Shown here: positions 27,921 to 37,246 of the stretch, piece after piece
Layout: each line of letters begins with the position of its first letter
Numbering within the stretch: the first letter of the stretch is position 1
Source: a virus
Direction: 5' to 3' (one strand)
Length of the DNA stretch: 64,000 bases
IMG/VR virus record: IMGVR_UViG_3300023202_000142
Coordinates: 96,001-160,000 of that record
The notes under the pieces: generated by a model
Databases searched by the model: none
Told to the model about the DNA's origin: nothing
Seen by the model: the letters and a program-made list of their open reading frames with translations, nothing else
Made by a program: the position numbers and the translations under genes

Positions 27921-29060
27921 ATGGCTGATACCCCTTACGTCTACTCGTTGGCGGGCGACTTCTCGAATGGGGTCAATGCCGGGCGTCTCGATGAGGAAGT
28001 TCGGGCCTCCGATATCGTCGTGGCCCTACGGGGTGTCTCTGTCGCTGGAGATGACGTCACGGTGACGTTCAAAGCGTCGCTTGACAGCTCTGATGAATCC
28101 ATTCTTGACGGTATTGTGGCTGCCCATGATGGCAGTCCTGATGAGCCTGTCCCGGCTCCGGTCGATATTCGCTCGATCACTGCTGACCCTACAGGCGCCT
28201 CGAAACTGGGCGTCAACGTGTTCCCCGCTGAGGGGAGTCGCACGAATTTTATTTCTCACCTCTGGACAGACCCTACGACGTGGTACCAGTCTTCGGTGCG
28301 CGTGGTGGATGAGGTCCCAACACCTCTTGACCCAGACGGCAAACAGTTTCAGCTCGCCAACTCTGATGTGATCGATTCCACTCATGGCAAGCTCTTCATG
28401 GAGGACTTCCTGCTGGATGGTGGCGGGCACTCCTACGCGGTGGAGGTTAAGGTTGACGGTACCCCTGTGCCGATGCAGGACATCGATACAGGAGAAGGCG
28501 ACTGGAGCATAGATTATGCCGCTGGCGTCCTGACGATGAACCCCAACGTACCGAGCGGGGCCACGCTGGAGGTCACGTACCATTACGCCACGGTCTCCAA
28601 GTTCATCATCAAGCCTGACCCCGGAAAAGTGCTGCGCATCAAGTCCGCAGAGGTCCAGTTCAGCCGTAATGTCAGTATGCGGGACACCGTTCAGTTCGAG
28701 TTTTTCGGCTATGCCGCTGCAATCGATCCTGATGGTTTCGCGAATGGAGACTACGGCCCTGATCCCCAGACTTTGATCTACGCAACGACACCGAGTCGCT
28801 ACAAGTCGATCCATAATTTTCTCTCGGAGTCGAATGGTGTCTATCCGATCCTTCCGGCCACATCGAACGATAGCCCCAACGAACACCGGGACATGCGGAA
28901 CGATGTTCTGACGTTCCCGTGGAATTATCAGGCGTCGATCCCTCTCTACTCCTCTGCCGGGATGCAGATTGTGGTCAGCCTGGTGGATGACAGGCCGCTT
29001 GGGGGGGAGTTCGCGACCGCGACGTTTTACTGCTACTCGGAGGATGACCCAAATGCCTGA
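27921..29060 (+). CDS. Hypothetical structural protein
   Basis: Abuts fibre gene; beta-rich 379 aa. Confidence 0.7.
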   Translation: MADTPYVYSLAGDFSNGVNAGRLDEEVRASDIVVALRGVSVAGDDVTVTFKASLDSSDESILDGIVAAHDGSPDEPVPAPVDIRSITADPTGASKLGVNVFPAEGSRTNFISHLWTDPTTWYQSSVRVVDEVPTPLDPDGKQFQLANSDVIDSTHGKLFMEDFLLDGGGHSYAVEVKVDGTPVPMQDIDTGEGDWSIDYAAGVLTMNPNVPSGATLEVTYHYATVSKFIIKPDPGKVLRIKSAEVQFSRNVSMRDTVQFEFFGYAAAIDPDGFANGDYGPDPQTLIYATTPSRYKSIHNFLSESNGVYPILPATSNDSPNEHRDMRNDVLTFPWNYQASIPLYSSAGMQIVVSLVDDRPLGGEFATATFYCYSEDDPNA

Positions 29061-29448
29061 TGTTAACTGGAAAAAGGTCTCGTATGTCGTGATCGCTGTC
29101 TGGATCGTGGGGATCCTGGGGTACGATTTGATTCCAGCGCTCACCTCCGAGGATGGCGACACGATCTCGGAGGTTGCTCGGGATCTGGCGTGGGGCTGGC
29201 AGACGCTGCCGGCCTTCGTGATGTTCATGATGGCTCACCTGTTCTGGCATCGGAAGGGTGGTCGGTATTTCCAGTGGTCGTGGGTGTTCATCCCGGTTGT
29301 GCTGGCTGGGACTGTCTTGGCAGACATTTTTCTTGTCGGAGACCTCAACCCGTTGTGGGTTTGCTTGGTGTACTTCCCGCTGGGTCATCTGGTTTGGCCC
29401 CAGGACTCCGAGGAACGGCTGCACCCGGGTGCAGGGAACGAGTCATGA
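29053..29448 (+). CDS. Small integral membrane protein (about 4 TM segments, holin-like)
   Basis: Four hydrophobic stretches; overlaps neighbours. Confidence 0.65.
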   Translation: MPDVNWKKVSYVVIAVWIVGILGYDLIPALTSEDGDTISEVARDLAWGWQTLPAFVMFMMAHLFWHRKGGRYFQWSWVFIPVVLAGTVLADIFLVGDLNPLWVCLVYFPLGHLVWPQDSEERLHPGAGNES

Positions 29449-29807
29449 ATGCATCGGCACAGAAAGGCGCTGAACTGGTGCGTCTGGGGTACAATTTCAT
29501 TTGCGCATCATGCCCCCACATGCAGCGCTCTCATGATCGAGGAGAAGAGTCGTGCGGGCGCTTCTCTTGTGGCTTTCACAAGGGTCTGCCGGAGTACGCA
29601 GGGCCGGTCTCCAGAGATCTTTGGCCACACCTGTGCTGGATTTGTGGAGAAGGTGCTGAACTCGGGTTGCATTTTGTTCGGGTCGGCATGATCCTTGGAG
29701 CCTGTGATGAGCACCGAGACGTGCATCAGCAGTTCCTGGGTGAATCTGAGGCTGCAGGTGTGATAGAGATCACGGGTAGGACCAACGCTATCCATCAGGA
29801 GAAGTGA
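29445..29807 (+). CDS. Cys/His-rich hypothetical protein
   Basis: CASC, C..C, CWIC and CDEH; ATGA overlap. Confidence 0.6.
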   Translation: MNASAQKGAELVRLGYNFICASCPHMQRSHDRGEESCGRFSCGFHKGLPEYAGPVSRDLWPHLCWICGEGAELGLHFVRVGMILGACDEHRDVHQQFLGESEAAGVIEITGRTNAIHQEK

Positions 29808-30541
29808 TGAACCGAGAACTCCGATCAATCGAGCGCGCTGTGCGCTACATGGAGTCCGTCGACGACCTCAACCCGGCCCTTCCTTCACTGAAAACGGGTG
29901 TGACCCGTTTGCAGGAGGCGGCTGGCATGGGGGACATGGGGGAAATGGATCGTGCGATGAAGTACATGTCGCGCGCGATGTCCTCGATGAAGACCGAGAT
30001 GGACGGCATGGACAACGAGGACTACATGGACATGGAGCGCGCGATGAAGTCGATGTCGCGCGCGATGTCCTCGATGAAGGGCAACGCGCCCTCGCACGAC
30101 TACTCGACCGACGATGGCGAGTATGAGGCCGCGATGGGTGAGGGCATCGAGATCAACCCGGACTACGTCGACTCTCTCGAAGAGCACGTCGAGTACCTGG
30201 AGGGTCAACTCGACGAGCACCGTGAGACGCTTCGTCGCGTTACGGAGTGTTACGTGACTGCCAAGGGCCTTCTGGCCCAGCTTGCGCCGCAAGCTCGTGT
30301 TGCGGCCGTCATGGAGTCTCTGAAGGCGCAGGGCATCAGCCCGGCAAACTTCGAGTCGCTGACGATGTTCGAGTCGGAGTTCGATTCTGCGGTCGCGTCT
30401 GTCCTCTCCGAGGGCGGCCAGCCGGTCATCGAGTCGAACCAGGGCGGTCAGCCCACCGGTGATGGCGAGGGCGGTCCGATCTCCGAGAACAGTGACCTGT
30501 TCAAGAACATCCAGTACCTCTCGGGATCCCTGTCGGGCTAA
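29807..30541 (+). CDS. Hypothetical protein with Met-rich duplication and coiled coil
   Basis: AGGAG RBS; MSRAMSSMK twice. Confidence 0.75.
   Translation: MNRELRSIERAVRYMESVDDLNPALPSLKTGVTRLQEAAGMGDMGEMDRAMKYMSRAMSSMKTEMDGMDNEDYMDMERAMKSMSRAMSSMKGNAPSHDYSTDDGEYEAAMGEGIEINPDYVDSLEEHVEYLEGQLDEHRETLRRVTECYVTAKGLLAQLAPQARVAAVMESLKAQGISPANFESLTMFESEFDSAVASVLSEGGQPVIESNQGGQPTGDGEGGPISENSDLFKNIQYLSGSLSG
29966..30079 (+). repeat. 27-bp exact direct repeat in coding sequence
   Basis: ATGTCGCGCGCGATGTCCTCGATGAAG at 29966-29992 and 30053-30079. Confidence 0.9.
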
Positions 30542-31258
30542 GTGGCCCGGCACCCGAAGAGCTGGAGGGAGGGTTGGGAGCGCATTGAGTGGGCTTCTGA
30601 CAACTTCGACCAGGTTCAGATCTACGTCGTTCAGCGGCTTGCCGCAGAGTTTGCCGAAGAACTCGGCGCTCAGGGCGAACTCTTGCACCTGATCAAGGTG
30701 AGCGACGGTCGCCATCAGTTTTTCGGTGTCAGTCTTGAGCCGAAGCCGTACCAGGAGGAGCTTGCCGCGATGTCGGACAAGCTCCTTCTTGCGTCTGGGT
30801 CTGACGAGGAGGCTCTGCATCGTCAGATGATGGCGGCGAACCCTTGGGTTTACGATAAGCTGCCCGCCGTGTTTGATTCGCCCGAGGAGGGGTATTTCTA
30901 TGTCAGGGACACGACGTCCGATGAGATGGAGGTCGTGGCGATCAGGAATGACGAGGAGATTCGGGATCTTGGTGCGGCGCCAGTGCCGGCATCTACTCGG
31001 ACGTGGTTTGTGGACGACATCCGGTTTAACATGCTCCGAGGCGAGTTCGGTCTGGGAGACAATGGCCAGCCGATGTGGCGTCCAGCTCTTCGGCGCTTGA
31101 TTCGAGATCGATTGCCGGCGATTCAGGAAGAGGTAATGACTGCGATGTTCGAGGCCAAGTTGACGTTGGATGCTCCGGCGTTCGAGACGAGGTCTCCCGA
31201 GTGGCTGAAGGCCAACGAGGAGTTCGCGGTTATGATGGTCCAGACCACGGCCGTATGA
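30542..31258 (+). CDS. Hypothetical protein
   Basis: GTG start abutting upstream stop; coding-like composition. Confidence 0.65.
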   Translation: MARHPKSWREGWERIEWASDNFDQVQIYVVQRLAAEFAEELGAQGELLHLIKVSDGRHQFFGVSLEPKPYQEELAAMSDKLLLASGSDEEALHRQMMAANPWVYDKLPAVFDSPEEGYFYVRDTTSDEMEVVAIRNDEEIRDLGAAPVPASTRTWFVDDIRFNMLRGEFGLGDNGQPMWRPALRRLIRDRLPAIQEEVMTAMFEAKLTLDAPAFETRSPEWLKANEEFAVMMVQTTAV

Positions 31259-31262
31259 GGCG

Positions 31263-31694
31263 ATGATGCGAGATCACATGCTGGAAACCGCAGGCGTAGG
31301 CGTCGAGAACCCCGTTTTCGACGTCCAGGCCGTCAACAAGTACCTGCGACGGCTCAACGCGTATCTCGATGGCTCGCTGATGGGCCGCAACGATGCGTTC
31401 GACGTTCAGCGTACGACTGATGCTCCAGGCGAGCAGGCGTTCGAGGAGTACGTCGGGAAGGCTATTGAGTCCATGCTGTCTGACTACAGCATGGACGAGG
31501 ATGATGCGGTTGAAGTTTTGGCCGACGTCGTCAGCGAGGCTGAGGCGATGGGGCTTCTGCCCCCATACCCTGACGCCGTAGATACGGTCCCTGACCAAAT
31601 GTATTCCGACTGGGTCGCAGCGGCCCAGTCGATCAGCCTCGGCGCGATGATGCGCAAGTACGCAGAGGACGGTTCGATCAACGGGATCAGGTAA
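31263..31694 (+). CDS. Hypothetical acidic protein
   Basis: GAGG RBS, operon packing. Confidence 0.65.
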   Translation: MMRDHMLETAGVGVENPVFDVQAVNKYLRRLNAYLDGSLMGRNDAFDVQRTTDAPGEQAFEEYVGKAIESMLSDYSMDEDDAVEVLADVVSEAEAMGLLPPYPDAVDTVPDQMYSDWVAAAQSISLGAMMRKYAEDGSINGIR

Positions 31695-31698
31695 CAGC

Positions 31699-32505
31699 TT
31701 GGAAGCTGCGGAAGAACAGAAGGGGTATTTGGATATCGCGCATTTCGATCGCGCGATTCTGGAGTGTCTTGGCGCGGACTTCATCCCCTCCGCCGGGGGT
31801 GATGCTGTTGGGCCGAACTATAGCCCAGACCCAGACCTCGGTTTCGGGATCGAAACGCCTGATGGTGACCAGGCCCGTGATCCGAGCGATGACCCGAACT
31901 GCAAGTTCAAGGCCCCGCGACGCCAGGCAGATGTTCCGGGCGTGACCGGGTCGGGCGTTGATGGTCGTGTTCCGGTCATTATGAATACGCCGGAGGAGTC
32001 CTACAACCGCTACCTGGTGCCAGGCATCAGGGTTCATCGTTCCTCAATAGATTTCGACCCCACCCGACACCACTCGCATCTCACGGGGCACAAGTATCGG
32101 ATCCCGTCAAACAATGGTGATCGCGTTGAGTTGAAGGACGGGCGGGTGGGCTGGACGGCGTACAAGCAGCGCGAGCATGCTGACCCGTACATCTTCACGT
32201 ACGATATCGAGGTTCGCGCGCGCCGCGCCCTGGAGGCGCAGACACTCCGCAGGTATGTCTCGAAAAGGCTTCGTCACCAGACGTTCGTTCCGGTGTACGA
32301 TTCTCTGGGGGACGTCAGCTACTTCAACATTTTCAGGGACGCGATCATGGAGACGTCCCAGTACATCGATACGCTGAATCGGTTCTACGGCTACATGATG
32401 ACCTACCGCCTCCAGGCGGAGATTGACGACTACGATGAGGTCGAGGTGATCGCGCTGACCAGTGAGCCGCAACTCAACATCAGGCAGATCACGGAGGAAA
32501 CATGA
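31699..32505 (+). CDS. Putative tail completion/terminator protein (T4 gp15-like position and pattern)
   Basis: PYIFTYDIEVRARR..AQTL..; upstream of sheath; TTG start. Confidence 0.5.
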   Translation: MEAAEEQKGYLDIAHFDRAILECLGADFIPSAGGDAVGPNYSPDPDLGFGIETPDGDQARDPSDDPNCKFKAPRRQADVPGVTGSGVDGRVPVIMNTPEESYNRYLVPGIRVHRSSIDFDPTRHHSHLTGHKYRIPSNNGDRVELKDGRVGWTAYKQREHADPYIFTYDIEVRARRALEAQTLRRYVSKRLRHQTFVPVYDSLGDVSYFNIFRDAIMETSQYIDTLNRFYGYMMTYRLQAEIDDYDEVEVIALTSEPQLNIRQITEET

Positions 32506-33008
32506 AGGTCGAACGATGGGTGGTCGTGAGTGGCAAGCCCGAACTGGTCACTCTCAAGGATGGTCGGGTGGTGTCGTTGCCGAAGGGCAGTGACCCGGTC
32601 GAACTCCAGAGGGACTCCAAGTTCAAACGGCTGGTTGCCGCAAGAAAGCTGCAGTCGGTCATGGTCGATGTGCCTGAACCTGAAGAGGCTGAGGAGACCG
32701 AGCCGGAGGAGGAGGAGCCAGAGGAGCCTGACGAGGAGACCGACCCCGAGCCAGAGGAGCCGGACGAGGAGGCCGACCCCGAGCCAGAGGAGCCGGGCGA
32801 GGAGGCCGAGGCAGAAGGGGTCCCCCTGGGGGACACTGGCCTTCGGTCCTCACTCGTTGCTGCACTTGTTGACGCGGGGTTCGGGACGCTCGATCGACTC
32901 AGCGAGAAAGTGCAGTCAGATGGGCTCTCCAGCCTGCTGGAAGTCCACGGAGTCGGTGAAGGATCTCTCGACGACATCGAGACTCTTCTCGACAATGAAT
33001 CGAACTAG
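32502..33008 (+). CDS. Acidic-linker protein with C-terminal helix-hairpin-helix module
   Basis: LVDAGFGTLDRL..LLEVHGVGEGSLDDI matches HhH/alpha-CTD-like pattern. Confidence 0.75.
   Translation: MKVERWVVVSGKPELVTLKDGRVVSLPKGSDPVELQRDSKFKRLVAARKLQSVMVDVPEPEEAEETEPEEEEPEEPDEETDPEPEEPDEEADPEPEEPGEEAEAEGVPLGDTGLRSSLVAALVDAGFGTLDRLSEKVQSDGLSSLLEVHGVGEGSLDDIETLLDNESN
32715..32809 (+). repeat. 33-bp tandem repeat, about 3 copies (EPEEPDEE.DP)
   Basis: GAGCCAGAGGAGCC-GACGAGGAG-CCGACCCC units at 32715, 32748, 32781. Confidence 0.9.
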
Positions 33009-33072
33009 ATTCTGGTTCTGATTCGTCGTATCACTAGAGGCGATCAGGCCAGAGCGCAGACAGGAGCTAGCC

Positions 33073-35712
33073 GTGCCACAGTTGAGTTATCCCGGCGTCT
33101 ATCGTGAAGAGGTCGAGACCCAGACGCAGGTCGTGCAGGGAGTCACGACCGCGAATCTCGCTCTCACCGCGTTCTTCAAGAAGGGTCCGGTCGAGGAGCC
33201 GATCCTCGTCACCTCGTTGAGTGAGGCGTTTCGTGTCTTTGGGGACTTCACCGAGAAGTCCCTGGGGCCGACAACGCTCGCCAACTACTTCGCGAACGGC
33301 GGGCAGAACGCATACATCAACCGCGTCGTCGGTGATGGGGCGGACCAGTCTCAAGCGGCCTTCCTCAAAGAGGTTCTTGCTGAAGCCACTGGCGAGTTCA
33401 CTGCTGGGTCTGGCGGTACGGACAGCCTCGATTTCTCGGTCGCCGAGGAAAACCTTTCGCCGGGGTCGGTTCGGTTGTTCCTCAACCACACTGAAGCGAT
33501 TACGGGCGAGGCGCAGGGGACCACGGACACTACGACGGGACCATTCACAGGGACTCTGGACAACGTCCCGGTGGAGCCCAGTGGCGTGACCATCGACTTC
33601 TTGCTCTCCGGGGCGACCCCGGCTTCTGTCTTCGATGATGGTTCTGGGAACCTGACTGGTGATGGAACAGGGACGATCGACTACACCACCGGCGACTACT
33701 CGTTCACTGCGAGTGGTGCTACCGAGAATGCGACACCGATCACTGCGGACTACAACTCCGCAGTGGCTGGGGCTCTCCAGAGCGAGATCGCAGGTACACA
33801 GCGAGACAATCAGAGGGTGTATCACGGGTCTCTCGACGAGAGATGGCCTGTCTACTATTCGATCGAGTTCTCCTGGACTGACCAGGGATCTACGTCTCGG
33901 ACTGCCACGGTCGGCTCCCTGGGCAGCATCACTGGCGATGCGACTGGAGATGTCGATCTGGAGACTGGAGAATTCTACCTCGATGTCGGTGCCAATGCCG
34001 TAGAGGTGGATGGGCTCATCACGGTGACCTACTTTGCGTTCGACCCGCTGGAGGCGGTTGACGATGGCGCAGGGGCTCTCACGGGGGATCTCGTGACGGC
34101 TGGCACCGTGGACTACGAGACCGGCGCGATCACAGCGACCAGCATCGCTTTCGATACCGCAGGCTTGCTGTACTGGATCGACTACGACGCTGAGATTCAC
34201 CCCACACAGGCGAAGAATCCCGGCGAGTCCGGTGACGATCTCCAACTGGAGATCGCGGTCAACGAGAACTTTCTCGACAAGACTACAGGTCTGTACTCGC
34301 AGTACACGGTCACGCTGTTCGAGACCGATGCCGAGGGCAACCAGCAGACGCGTGAGACCTTCACCTTCATCGTGCTCGATGACCTCACGGACGCCAAGCA
34401 TATCGCCCAGGTCGTCAACGATCCGTTCCTTGGGTCGGACCTTGTCGAAATGCTCTCGCCGCTGTCGGATGAGATCCCGACGGCCATCCAGGGTGGCACG
34501 AAAAGCAGCCTTCTCGTCGACACTGGAACGGGTTCGGCGGACGCAATCACAACGGTCCTTCCTCTCGGCGGCGGCGAACTTGCGCCAGGCACGCTCGAAA
34601 TCACGTACACGAGCGGTGGTGACACCAAGACGATCACCGACGATTCTCAGGGGTCCCTGACGGGCGATGTCAACACTGGCGTCGCGGCCGGTGTCGACTA
34701 CGAGACCGGGCTTCTGCAGTTCACGCCCTCGGACGCACCGGACAATGCGACGACGGTTGATGCTGCGTACACGTTCACACCGTCGTCGCTCACGGTGGCA
34801 GCAGACTACACAGGCGGGTCCGACGGTGCCGCGATCACACGCTCGGAGGTCACCGACATCGCTTTGAGTGCGACGGAGCAGGGCATCTACGCCTTCAACA
34901 AGGTCGATGAAATTCTCATCATGGTGACGCCGGATTTCGCTGGCGACCCCATTGCTGAGGAAGCCCAGCTCACCTACGTCGAGTCGAGCAAGCGTCAGGA
35001 TTCTATGGTCCTGCTTGCTCCGCCCGAAGGCGCGAGCGTTTCGCAGGCCATCACGTACAAGCGCGATGTCCTTGCGAGCCTGTCGAATCGCGGTGCGATG
35101 TACCACCCCTGGATCAACATCGAAGATCCGATCACAGGGAACACCGTCGCCGTGCCTCCGCACGGGCACGTCTCGGGCGTGTGGGCGCGCACGGACCGGA
35201 ATCGTAGTGTCGGCAAATCGCCGGCAGGTATCCGGGACGGCTCGATCCGCAACATGCTCGGGTTCAAGGACGGCAACCTCAAGGAAGAGGATGTGGGTCG
35301 CCTCACCTCGGCTCATGTCAACGCACTATGGCAGCCCCCGAACCAGCCACGTGCGGTCTGGGGTGTCAGGACGCTCGAAGTGGACGGGGAGTACCGCTAC
35401 ATCGTCAAGCGCCGCACCATCGATTTCACGTCGGTGAGCGTCGCCAGGTCGCTGTGGTGGGCGGTCTTCGAAAACATCGGGCCGTCACTCTTCGTTCCGG
35501 TCGGCCAGCAGATCCGAAACTTCCTGCGACGCCAGTTCCGCAAGGGTATCTATGCTGGCGACACGGAGCGCGAGGCGTTCTTCGTTACCGTCGATCGGTC
35601 GAACAACCCGCCAGAGACGATCCAGGCCGGTCAGCTCATCGTCGACTACGGCGTCGCGACCAACACTCCTGGCGAGTTCATCCGTCTTCGTCATCGACAG
35701 ATCACCGTCTGA
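33073..35712 (+). CDS. Tail sheath protein with four inserted beta modules
   Basis: YPGVYREE, YFANGG..YINRV, PPHGHVSGVWARTD..KSPAG, WGVRTL, YIVKRR, PGEFI. Confidence 0.95.
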   Translation: MPQLSYPGVYREEVETQTQVVQGVTTANLALTAFFKKGPVEEPILVTSLSEAFRVFGDFTEKSLGPTTLANYFANGGQNAYINRVVGDGADQSQAAFLKEVLAEATGEFTAGSGGTDSLDFSVAEENLSPGSVRLFLNHTEAITGEAQGTTDTTTGPFTGTLDNVPVEPSGVTIDFLLSGATPASVFDDGSGNLTGDGTGTIDYTTGDYSFTASGATENATPITADYNSAVAGALQSEIAGTQRDNQRVYHGSLDERWPVYYSIEFSWTDQGSTSRTATVGSLGSITGDATGDVDLETGEFYLDVGANAVEVDGLITVTYFAFDPLEAVDDGAGALTGDLVTAGTVDYETGAITATSIAFDTAGLLYWIDYDAEIHPTQAKNPGESGDDLQLEIAVNENFLDKTTGLYSQYTVTLFETDAEGNQQTRETFTFIVLDDLTDAKHIAQVVNDPFLGSDLVEMLSPLSDEIPTAIQGGTKSSLLVDTGTGSADAITTVLPLGGGELAPGTLEITYTSGGDTKTITDDSQGSLTGDVNTGVAAGVDYETGLLQFTPSDAPDNATTVDAAYTFTPSSLTVAADYTGGSDGAAITRSEVTDIALSATEQGIYAFNKVDEILIMVTPDFAGDPIAEEAQLTYVESSKRQDSMVLLAPPEGASVSQAITYKRDVLASLSNRGAMYHPWINIEDPITGNTVAVPPHGHVSGVWARTDRNRSVGKSPAGIRDGSIRNMLGFKDGNLKEEDVGRLTSAHVNALWQPPNQPRAVWGVRTLEVDGEYRYIVKRRTIDFTSVSVARSLWWAVFENIGPSLFVPVGQQIRNFLRRQFRKGIYAGDTEREAFFVTVDRSNNPPETIQAGQLIVDYGVATNTPGEFIRLRHRQITV

Positions 35713-35720
35713 GGTAGCTG

Positions 35721-36611
35721 ATGGATCTCACTGAAGGTATTCTGGGGCTTAGTAAGGGCGAGGTCGCTCGTCTGAAACGGGAGCGGCCCCAGACGGGCAT
35801 TTCCGTCGTGGACACGAAGGAAGTGCTCTGGAATCAGGTTGCTCGTGGTGCGGACACCAAGGCGCTGATGGTTTCCATCAAGGAACTGCTTCGGAAAGGC
35901 GTTTCGTCCCACAGCATCGATATGATTCTTCGGACAGCCAAGAAGGGGAAGCCGTTTCCGAAGCGTTTGGCCCACAAAGAGGATCTCGACGACCTCATCG
36001 GGGGCCTCGAAGAGGCGATGGCGCTTCCGCTCAAGGGCCGCACGACGGATATGCGTCAGGGCATCGCGGATGATAGCCCGGTGTCTTCGGCCGCCCCTGG
36101 CGGCTGGCTTGTCGCCTTTCCGCGAGACATGTATCCGATGTCACAGTCGTTCATGGGTCCGGTGGCGGTTGCACTGGCTGGTCACCAGCAGATGTCAGAG
36201 GATGAGTACAAGGGCTTCCTTCGGATGCTGCATGGCCGGACCTATCCCAGACAGCATTCGGCGCCGGCTATTGCTGTTGAGCCGGGCTACATGCTCGACA
36301 TGAGGCGACTGACTCGTGGTGGTGATTACCATCCTGCGATGCGGACACTGTCGCCGGCCTCGGTGCGGACCATGGAAGATCTTGTCGTGCTCACCGACGG
36401 GATCTTGAACAGTCCGTTGGCACACTCGGGGTTGTCTGAGTATGAGTCCTCGGGCAAGATTATGGCTGTAAGTGAGGCGATCAACGGGATGTTGTCGATC
36501 GCAAAAGGACTGGTGGAACCCCACAGCATCAGTCGGACCTTCGGCGACATCGTGAACCGGGTCGCCTGGCCGTTCAGTGGCGGAACCGTGGGCACGCAGA
36601 GAACCCTGTAG
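35721..36611 (+). CDS. Hypothetical protein between sheath and tube genes
   Basis: GAGG RBS, 296 aa, fills gap. Confidence 0.65.
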   Translation: MDLTEGILGLSKGEVARLKRERPQTGISVVDTKEVLWNQVARGADTKALMVSIKELLRKGVSSHSIDMILRTAKKGKPFPKRLAHKEDLDDLIGGLEEAMALPLKGRTTDMRQGIADDSPVSSAAPGGWLVAFPRDMYPMSQSFMGPVAVALAGHQQMSEDEYKGFLRMLHGRTYPRQHSAPAIAVEPGYMLDMRRLTRGGDYHPAMRTLSPASVRTMEDLVVLTDGILNSPLAHSGLSEYESSGKIMAVSEAINGMLSIAKGLVEPHSISRTFGDIVNRVAWPFSGGTVGTQRTL

Positions 36612-36620
36612 GAGAACGAA

Positions 36621-37232
36621 ATGGCACGCGCTGCGAGCGAAGATTACCTGCAAAACTTCCGGTTCCACGTCACCGCCTCATTGGGTGGTGCGGTCGGCAA
36701 TGCTGACGATGGCTTTGATCCCCTTCGGTTCGAGGCCGGCAGTGGTGGTGGTAGCGGTGAGGCGAGCGTTGCTGGCTTCCAGTCGGTGAGTTACCCCGAG
36801 GTCAGCGTCAACCCTGCGGAGTACCGAGACGGGATCAACGTCTTCACCAAGAAACAGCCGGGTATCCCGACATTCACTGACATCACGATGATGCGTGGTG
36901 TTGTGCGTCGCGACACCAGGTTCTTCGACTGGATCATCCGCTACTTCGAGGGCTACCAGTACCGCGCTGACCTCACGATTGCTCAGTGGGACCAGGTCGC
37001 GCATCCCGCGAAGCCCGATGGCTCTGGCACCGATGAGCTGACCGGATTCGATTCGACGCTCGCGCGTACCGTCGAGGTGTTCGAGGCGTTCCCACTCACG
37101 GTGAAGCCGGCGGCCGACCTCGATGCGAATGCTGACGACATCAGCCTTGCTGAGGTCACGGTTGCCTACGAGAGGTTCACCATCAACGAGGTGGGCGACC
37201 TTCCGGTCCCGCAGGTACCGGATCCTCAGTGA
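36621..37232 (+). CDS. Tail tube protein 1 (T4 gp19/Afp1-like)
   Basis: QNFRFHV, GFQSVS, EYRDG..KQPG..TFTDITMMRGV..FFDWI. Confidence 0.9.
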   Translation: MARAASEDYLQNFRFHVTASLGGAVGNADDGFDPLRFEAGSGGGSGEASVAGFQSVSYPEVSVNPAEYRDGINVFTKKQPGIPTFTDITMMRGVVRRDTRFFDWIIRYFEGYQYRADLTIAQWDQVAHPAKPDGSGTDELTGFDSTLARTVEVFEAFPLTVKPAADLDANADDISLAEVTVAYERFTINEVGDLPVPQVPDPQ

Positions 37233-37246
37233 TCTGAGGAGGCACG

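Noticed and set aside
33067-35316. Long minus-strand ORFs (also 12286-13626, 23045-24442, 28026-29228 and others)
   Set aside because: They mirror well-supported + strand genes; GC-rich codon bias leaves antisense frames open; no recognisable motifs
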